Part shown: positions 56,423 through 62,685 of the stretch, in pieces
Layout of the letters: every line of letters begins with the position of its first letter
Numbering within the stretch: the stretch's first letter is position 1
Assembly (NCBI GenBank): GCA_032124675.1
Contig: JAQBDA010000049.1
Location: forward strand, 1-62,685
Direction: 5' to 3'
DNA from: Chloroflexota bacterium
GTDB taxonomy: Bacteria; Chloroflexota; Anaerolineae; Anaerolineales; UBA4823
Length of the DNA: 62,685 bases
Notes under the pieces: generated by a model
Seen by the model: the letters and a program-made list of their open reading frames with translations, nothing else
What the model was told of the DNA's origin: nothing
Database searches by the model: none
Position numbers and translations under genes: made by a program

Positions 56423-57481
56423 ATGGTTCCATCTTCCGGCCGGCAAATCCGCCTGACCAGCCTGTCCAACTGTGCGGGTTGAGCGTCTAAACTAAGCGCG
56501 GAAGCGCTGGCGCAGGTGCTGCGCCCGATCCAGGGCATCTTCGATTCCCGAGACTACCCCGACCTGCTGGTAGGTCTGGGGGAGCCCGATGATGCGGCAG
56601 TATGGCGCCTGCCAGACGGGCGTGCCCTGGTGGTCACGACTGATTTCTTCACCCCGGTGGTCGATGACCCGTACGATTATGGGGCGATTGCTGCTGCGAA
56701 CGCGCTTTCCGATGTATATGCCATGGGCGGCAGCCCCTTCCTGGCACTGAATATAGCCGCCTTGCCGCCCGAGCTGCCGGCAGAACTCCTGGGGGAGATC
56801 ATGCGGGGTGGGGCAGAAAAAGCCAGGGAAGCCGGCGTGGTTGTAGCTGGCGGGCACACCATTCAGGATAAAGAACCCAAATACGGATTGGTCGTGCTGG
56901 GTTTTGCCGACCCGGCTGTGATGCTGACCAAGAGTGGTGCCCGCGCAGGAGATATCCTGGTGCTCACCAAGCCGCTTGGTTTCGGCACAACCACGACCGC
57001 TCTCAAACGCGGCCTGGCAGATGCAGAGCATGTCGCTGAGGCGGTGGCATGGATGAAGCGTCTGAACAGGACGGCTGCCGAACTGGCGGTGGAATTCGGC
57101 CTGCGCGGCGGCACGGACATCACCGGCTTTGGTCTGCTCGGACATGCCTGGGAGATGGCAGAGGCATCTGGAGTTAGGCTGCGCTTCTCCGTCGAAAAAA
57201 TACCTCTCATCAGCGGGGCACAGCGCTACGCCAGAGAATGGATCTTCCCGGGTGGTTCAGTGGATAACCGGCTGTTCTACGGTGGACATGTGCATTTTGA
57301 CCCTCAGATTCCAGAGGCTTCTCAGATGCTGTTGTTCGACGCCCAGACCAGCGGCGGGCTGCTGCTGGCAGTATCCAAGGAGAAATTAAAATCCTTGCAG
57401 GAGCGGGCAGCCAGCGTCGATCAGCCGTTGTGGGTTGTCGGTGAAGTAACCCAAGGCAAATCAATCGAAATCGCCCTTTAG
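56423..57481 (+). CDS. selD: Selenide, water dikinase (selenophosphate synthetase), selenocysteine-containing
   Basis: MVPSSGRQIRLTSLSNCAG-U(TGA 56480-56482)-ASKLSAEALAQVL, in frame with DDAAV, TTDFFTPVVDDP, NALSDVYAMGG, GGHTI, TDITGFGLLGH, DAQTSGGLL. Confidence 0.93.
56495..56508 (+). promoter_or_regulatory. Candidate SECIS of selD
   Basis: AGCGC-GGAA-GCGCT hairpin with its loop starting 18 nt after the UGA. Confidence 0.6.
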
Positions 57482-57637
57482 GCCGCGCTGGCACTGGTAT
57501 TTACCGGGATATACATGACCAACCCGCTGCTGCTGGCATCGCCATTCGTTGTCTCCGGGGTATTGAAGATCATCTATGACCTCGTGCTGTATCGAAACTT
57601 CCGTTCACATAAACCTCCAGAGGAGCTAACCACCTGA
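57482..57637 (+). pseudogene. C-terminal remnant of an MFS transporter
   Basis: AALALVFTGIYMTNPLLLASPFVVSGVLKIIYDLVLYRNFRSHKPPEELTT*, which resembles the LKI.YDL.LY..F....PPEE tail of an MFS family. No start of its own. Confidence 0.6.
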
Positions 57638-57638
57638 T

Positions 57639-59273
57639 ATGAATCCTTACCCAGACGAATTGGACTTCATTTCCAGGCGTTCGCCGGTTGTCGGACGGCG
57701 CGGCATGGTTGCCACCTCGCAGCCGCTGGCAGTAGCCGCCGGGCTGGAAATCCTGGCGCAAGGCGGGACTGCAGCAGATGCCGCGGTGGCCGCTGCGGCT
57801 GCCTTGAACGTGACCGAGCCAACCTCCACCGGAATCGGAGGCGATTGCTTTGCGCTCTATTATCAAGCCAGCACGCGCCAGATCAGCGCGCTCAATGGGT
57901 CTGGTCGTGCTCCGGCTGAATTGAGCCTGGAGCGCCTGAAGCGCGAGGGCTTCGAGCATGAGCTGCCTCCCTACCATCCATATACGGTCACCGTCCCAGG
58001 CGCTTGTGCGGGTTGGTGCGACCTGGCAGAACGCTTCGGTCATCTGTCATTGGAGGCTGTCCTGGCTCCTGCCATTCGCCTGGCTGAAGAAGGCTTCCCG
58101 GTAGCACCTATCACGGCGTATTTCTGGCAGCGCGGCGTCCAGCGTCAGCTCCGCTCGGCTCCGGGGGGGCAAGAGCTGACCATCGACGGTCGTGGGCCGC
58201 GACCCGGCGAGATCTTTCGCAATCCCGGCCTGGCACGCACACTGATTACAGTTGCCGGCGGTGGCAAGACTGCTTTTTACCAGGGACCTATTGCTGAAGA
58301 AATTGTAAATACCCTCCAATCTGCCGGCGGCTGTCTGAGCCAGGAAGACCTGGCAGCACACCACAGCACCTGGGACCAGCCGATTACCGCCTTATACAGG
58401 GGCATCAACGTCTGGGAATGCCCACCCAACGGACAGGGTCTGACTGCCCTGCTCGGTCTGAATATCCTGGAAGGGTATGACCTGGCGTCTCTCCCACCAA
58501 TGTCTGCGGCACGCCTGCACCTGGTGATCGAAGCCCTGCGATTGGCATTTGCCGACAGCCGCTGGTATGTGACGGATCCTGCCTTCAATCCTGCCCCGCT
58601 CGAATGGCTGCTTTCAAAAGAATATGCGGATGAACGGCGCAAGCTGATCGATCCTCAACGAGCAAGCCTTGATCAGAGACACGGGGTTCCAGTTACATCC
58701 TCGGATACCGTCTATCTCACGGTGGTTGACCAGGCAGGCAATGCCTGCTCTTTCATCAACAGCAACTACATGGGTTTCGGCACCGGGATTGTACCCAGCG
58801 GCTGGGGGTTCAGCCTGCAGAACCGGGGGCACAACTTCAGCCTTGACACCCTCCACCCCAACGCGCTGGCACCGGGTAAACGTCCCTACCATACGATCAT
58901 ACCGGCGATGGCGACCCTTCCGGATGGAACCCTGTTCGCCAGTTTTGGCGTGATGGGCGGCTTTATGCAGCCCCAGGGGCATCTTCAGGTGCTGACTGCA
59001 ATGCTCGACGACGGGCAGGACCCGCAGTCGGCATTGGACCGTGCCCGCTTCTGTATCGATGATGGCAGCGCCGGGGGAGAAGTTGCCCTGGAGCAAGGCA
59101 TTCCACAGGATACAGCCATACAGCTAGACGGAATGGGGCACCACGTTTACCCTGTATCCGGATATGGGCGCGCCCTCTTCGGCCGCGGCCAGATTATCCT
59201 GCGCGACCGGCAATCAAGTGTACTCTGGGGCGGGAGCGACCCGCGCGCGGATGGCTGCGCGATGGGGATTTAA
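57639..59273 (+). CDS. ggt: Gamma-glutamyltransferase
   Basis: MVATSQPLA, GGTAADAAVA, EPTSTGIGGDCF, VTVPG, autoprocessing Thr in SDTVYL, PGKRPYHTIIP, GVMGGFMQPQGH, GSDPRADG. Confidence 0.94.
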   Translation: MNPYPDELDFISRRSPVVGRRGMVATSQPLAVAAGLEILAQGGTAADAAVAAAAALNVTEPTSTGIGGDCFALYYQASTRQISALNGSGRAPAELSLERLKREGFEHELPPYHPYTVTVPGACAGWCDLAERFGHLSLEAVLAPAIRLAEEGFPVAPITAYFWQRGVQRQLRSAPGGQELTIDGRGPRPGEIFRNPGLARTLITVAGGGKTAFYQGPIAEEIVNTLQSAGGCLSQEDLAAHHSTWDQPITALYRGINVWECPPNGQGLTALLGLNILEGYDLASLPPMSAARLHLVIEALRLAFADSRWYVTDPAFNPAPLEWLLSKEYADERRKLIDPQRASLDQRHGVPVTSSDTVYLTVVDQAGNACSFINSNYMGFGTGIVPSGWGFSLQNRGHNFSLDTLHPNALAPGKRPYHTIIPAMATLPDGTLFASFGVMGGFMQPQGHLQVLTAMLDDGQDPQSALDRARFCIDDGSAGGEVALEQGIPQDTAIQLDGMGHHVYPVSGYGRALFGRGQIILRDRQSSVLWGGSDPRADGCAMGI

Positions 59274-59292
59274 TAGAAATAGTCGTGGGGGA

Positions 59293-59331
59293 TAAAAAGG
59301 CAGGGCGTTTCATTCGGCTTATGAAACGCCC
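59293..59331 (-). terminator. Terminator between convergent ggt and the NifU-like gene
   Basis: GGGCGTTTCAT-TCGGCTT-ATGAAACGCCC, 11-bp stem, with an A-run on the left (U tract on the minus strand). Confidence 0.7.
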
Positions 59332-59371
59332 CGCAGATGCAGAGTGCTGGTTTATTCGGTACGACCGGGGA

Positions 59372-59629
59372 TTATTCGATATCGACCACGTGTTTGATCT
59401 CAGGGAAAAACTGGCGTACCGTCCCCTCAACCCATCCGTGGAGGGTGTTCGGCGATAGAGGGCAGCCCATGCAAGCCCCGCCCAGACGCACTTTCAGCTC
59501 ATCACCTTTCAAAGAGACCATTTCGACAGAGCCCCCGTGAAAGTGTTCGATATATGCGCTGATATTCTCAAGCAGCGCTTTCACTCTTTCTTCGTATTCG
59601 ATCTGCGAACTCTGGTCGGCGACAACCAT
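59372..59629 (-). CDS. NifU/NfuA C-terminal-domain protein
   Basis: HGGSVEMV...VRLGGACMGCPLS..TL..WVE. Confidence 0.88.
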   Translation of the reverse strand: MVVADQSSQIEYEERVKALLENISAYIEHFHGGSVEMVSLKGDELKVRLGGACMGCPLSPNTLHGWVEGTVRQFFPEIKHVVDIE

Positions 59630-59631
59630 CG

Positions 59632-60117
59632 TCAAGCCTCCTTTATGCTCGGTATCCCACTGCCAATTCCCTGTTTCAACAATTCTACCACCTGTTCGTG
59701 GGTATGGCGGAGGCGATCGGCGATCACCCAGGCAAGTCGCTCCAGAATGAGGATACCCGTATCCGGGTAGTCTTCACACAGACATTTAAGGTCTCTGCCG
59801 CGCACGCGCAGCATTTGGGAATAAGCGTTACAGATGGCAGCAGAAGTATATTGGCGGTTTCCAAGCGCGGCGGACCATCCGACGATGCCGCCTGGACGAA
59901 CGCGCGTGATCGTGATCGGTGGCCCATCCTCTGGCTTGTAGCGGATCGTCACCTCTCCACTAACAACCAGATAGAGGAACTCCGCAGAGTCACCTTGCTC
60001 GAACAGCATGCTGCCCGTGTAGCAATCACACGGCACGAAGATCGGTTGCAAAAGCTGTAATTGAGCAGGGCTGAGGTCTTGAAATATCGGCAGCTGCTGA
60101 TAGATATCACCCGGCAT
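59632..60117 (-). CDS. Stand-alone cyclic-nucleotide-binding-domain protein
   Basis: LPIFQDLS, LFEQGDSAEFLYLVVSGEV, PGGIVGWSA, YTSAA; no HTH. Start at ATG 60117. Confidence 0.82.
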   Translation of the reverse strand: MPGDIYQQLPIFQDLSPAQLQLLQPIFVPCDCYTGSMLFEQGDSAEFLYLVVSGEVTIRYKPEDGPPITITRVRPGGIVGWSAALGNRQYTSAAICNAYSQMLRVRGRDLKCLCEDYPDTGILILERLAWVIADRLRHTHEQVVELLKQGIGSGIPSIKEA

Positions 60118-60229
60118 ATTGTCTTGCTCGCTCTCTGGTACTATACAATGTAACCAGAGAGACCCTAAATATAAAGTGGCAAATATCCTCAAACGGCTGA
60201 TAAAGGTCACCAGATGGTGTGACAGAGCG

Positions 60230-60263
60230 AAAAAAAGTGCCAGACGACCGCTCGTCTGGCACT
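60230..60263 (-). terminator. Intrinsic terminator of clpC
   Basis: AGTGCCAGACGA-CCGC-TCGTCTGGCACT, 12-bp stem, adjacent to an A7 run (U7 on the minus strand). Confidence 0.85.
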
Positions 60264-60285
60264 CTAGTCAACTTTTGTCCAACCC

Positions 60286-62685
60286 TCAGGCGCTGACTTC
60301 GCTGACCTGCTCGGCAGGTACCTGCTGATCGATGCGCTCAAAGACCAGTGAGTTGCTTTCTTCAGCTACATCAACCTGGATCGCATCCCCGCTCTTGAAC
60401 TCGCCGCTGAGCAGGCTCACAGAGAGCGGGCTCTCGACATGTTTCTGCAAGGCACGGCGCAAGGGCCGCGCACCAAAGTCAGGATCAAAGCCTACATCAG
60501 CCAGCCAGTTACGGGCAGCCGGTGTCAGTTCAACTGTCAGACCATGCTCGCTCAAGCGCTCCCGCACTTCATTCATCTGGAGATCGACGATCTCCCGCAT
60601 TTGATCGAGTGATAGAGCGGAGAAAGTAATGATCTCATCAATCCGGTTGAGGAATTCCGGACGGAAAGTGCTTTTCAACGCCTTCTCGATCTTCTCCTGC
60701 TCGGCCCGTTCCTCGGAATCTCCGGTGCGCTGCAGGAAACCCAGGCTGCCAGAGTGGCGGACGAATTCCGTCCCCAGGTTGCTCGTCATGACCAGAACCG
60801 AATTACGGAAGTCAACCATCCTGCCCTGACCATCTGTCAAGCGACCGTCATCAAGGATCTGAAGCAGGGCATTCCACACTTCGGGATGAGCTTTTTCAAT
60901 TTCATCGAACAGGATCACACGGTAAGGTCGCCGGCGCACAGCTTCGGTGAGCTGACCGCCTTCCTCGTAACCGACGTATCCTGGTGGTGCACCGAACAGC
61001 CGGGAGACCGAATGCTGCTCCCGGTACTCACTCATATCGATCCGTATCAGTGCATCCTCGTCATCGAACATGAACTCTGCTAGCGCTTTTGCCAGCTCAG
61101 TCTTTCCTACACCTGAAGGGCCGATGAAGATAAACGAACCGATTGGGCGGCGGGGATCTTTCAACCCGGAACGAGCCCGGCGGATCGCATCCGAGATGGC
61201 ATGGATCGCCTCATCCTGCCCCCGGATGCGTTCATGCAGACGATCTTCCATCTGGAGCAGTTTTACGGCCTCTGTTTCCATCATCTGTGTCACCGGGATA
61301 CCCGTCCATTGAGCGACGACCTCGGCGATGTCGTTGACATCGACAACTTCATCCAGTTCGTGCTCCGATTCCCACTGGTCTCGCCGCGTGTTGAACTCAT
61401 CCTCCAGGCGCAGACGTTCAGCCTTCTTCTGTGCCGCCCGCTCATAATCGCGCTCCAGGCCGGCTTGTTCTTCCTCTGCCGACAGGCGCTCGATATCGCT
61501 CTTCATCTCTTTGAGGTCAGCAGGCAGCGAATACAATGCCACACGCAGTTTGGCCGCAGCTTCGTCCATCAGGTCGATAGCTTTATCCGGTAGGTGGCGG
61601 TCGGTGACATAGCGTGTGGAAAGCTTGGCTGCTGCAACCAGCGATTCATCGGAGAAATGCACTTTGTGATGCGCCTCATAGCGATCGCGCAGCCCGCGCA
61701 GCATTTCGATGGTGTCATCCACACTCGGTTCTTCAACATATACAGGCGCAAAGCGGCGTTCCAGGGCAGCATCCTTTTCGATGTGTTTGTGATATTCGTC
61801 TAAGGTGGTTGCCCCGACACACTGCAGCTCGCCGCGTGCCAATGCCGGCTTGAGCATATTCGATGCATCCATCGCCCCCTGGGCTGCGCCCGCGCCGACA
61901 ACAGTATGCAGTTCATCGATGAACAGGATTACCTCACCCGATGAGCGCTGGATCTCCTCAATCGCGGCTTTCAAGCGTTCTTCGAACTCACCGCGGAAAC
62001 GGGAGCCAGCAATCATGGCACTCAGGTCCAGCGAGACCACACGCTTGCCCATTAATATCTCCGGGACATCATTGGTAGCGATCTTCTGCGCCAGCCCCTC
62101 CACAATGGCGGTCTTACCAACGCCCGCCTCGCCGATAAGTACCGGGTTGTTCTTTGTGCGCCGGGAGAGGATCTGGATAACACGCAGGATTTCGGTATCG
62201 CGCCCGATCACGGGGTCCAGCTTGCCTTCGCGCGCCGATTGTGTCAGGTCACGCGAGTATTTTTCCAGCGTGCGGTAGCGCGATTCTGCCTGAGGGTCTG
62301 TCACCCGCTGCCCGCCGCGGATCTGATGAATTGCATCATAAACACGCTCACGCGTGATGCCAGCGCCTTCCATCAGGCGAGCCGCCGGCGTGCTGCGCTC
62401 ACTCAAGATCGCCAGGAAGATATGCTCTGTGGATATGTACTCATCCTTCAGGCGATTGGCCTCTTCATTGGCGAGGTCGATGATCCTCTTGACCCGGGGA
62501 GTGATGAATATTTGCCCGGCACCACCCCCGAAAATGTTCGCCTTTGGGCTGGTGCGCAGGATATAGTCCAATCGTTCCGTCAGGGCGGCAGCATCAACCT
62601 TGAGCAGATCGAGTATTTGCGTTACGACGCCCTGAGGCTGTTCAATTAAAGCCAGCAGAATATGCTCCGTGTCGATCTGGTTGTG
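60286..62685 (-). CDS. clpC: ATP-dependent Clp protease ATP-binding subunit, ClpC-like (5' end outside the window)
   Basis: Clp-N repeats ([16 protein letters not shown]), [31 protein letters not shown], short middle domain, LGF ClpP-docking loop, FGARPLRR. The frame stays open to the window end. Confidence 0.92.
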   Translation of the reverse strand, partial: HNQIDTEHILLALIEQPQGVVTQILDLLKVDAAALTERLDYILRTSPKANIFGGGAGQIFITPRVKRIIDLANEEANRLKDEYISTEHIFLAILSERSTPAARLMEGAGITRERVYDAIHQIRGGQRVTDPQAESRYRTLEKYSRDLTQSAREGKLDPVIGRDTEILRVIQILSRRTKNNPVLIGEAGVGKTAIVEGLAQKIATNDVPEILMGKRVVSLDLSAMIAGSRFRGEFEERLKAAIEEIQRSSGEVILFIDELHTVVGAGAAQGAMDASNMLKPALARGELQCVGATTLDEYHKHIEKDAALERRFAPVYVEEPSVDDTIEMLRGLRDRYEAHHKVHFSDESLVAAAKLSTRYVTDRHLPDKAIDLMDEAAAKLRVALYSLPADLKEMKSDIERLSAEEEQAGLERDYERAAQKKAERLRLEDEFNTRRDQWESEHELDEVVDVNDIAEVVAQWTGIPVTQMMETEAVKLLQMEDRLHERIRGQDEAIHAISDAIRRARSGLKDPRRPIGSFIFIGPSGVGKTELAKALAEFMFDDEDALIRIDMSEYREQHSVSRLFGAPPGYVGYEEGGQLTEAVRRRPYRVILFDEIEKAHPEVWNALLQILDDGRLTDGQGRMVDFRNSVLVMTSNLGTEFVRHSGSLGFLQRTGDSEERAEQEKIEKALKSTFRPEFLNRIDEIITFSALSLDQMREIVDLQMNEVRERLSEHGLTVELTPAARNWLADVGFDPDFGARPLRRALQKHVESPLSVSLLSGEFKSGDAIQVDVAEESNSLVFERIDQQVPAEQVSEVSA

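Noticed and set aside
1-62685. CRISPR array, tRNA, rRNA, integrase or intact transposase
   Set aside because: No repeat-spacer periodicity, cloverleaf, rRNA-like tract or DDE/tyrosine recombinase ORF seen by eye. A tRNAscan/Infernal run would be needed to be certain.

Overview
A 62.7 kb GC-rich bacterial chromosomal segment. The gene content and protein style (Pro/Thr-linker lipoproteins, C39-TPR pair, cyclase-STAND regulator, NrfHA, degenerate PyrDK) suggest Chloroflexota/Anaerolineae; this is an inference. A housekeeping backbone (rnz, ftsK, sbcD, sbcC, ppk1, priA, trpS, dtd, selD, ggt, clpC) is interleaved with accessory and decaying DNA. I found no rRNA, tRNA, CRISPR array, integrase or intact transposase. 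Features missing from the ORF track: (1) a Trp-specifier T-box leader with no recognisable antiterminator, followed by an unannotated CxxU (UGA/selenocysteine) Rdx/SelW gene whose stop codon overlaps the trpS ribosome-binding site; (2) a Sec-containing SelD; (3) an internally deleted Crp/Fnr regulator next to nrfHA, whose promoter still has a perfect TGTGA-N6-TCACA box; (4) sbcD and sbcC separated by about 17 kb containing a duplicated and deleted META/SH3 lipoprotein, a doubly broken MalT-like regulator and an arylsulfatase tail; (5) short 7-10 bp periodic intergenic repeats, one bounded by a 12-bp terminal inverted repeat; (6) an HTH-CHAD fusion downstream of ppk1 and a PyrD/PyrK-like pair lacking catalytic motifs. 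All family calls come from reading motifs by eye; no database search was run.
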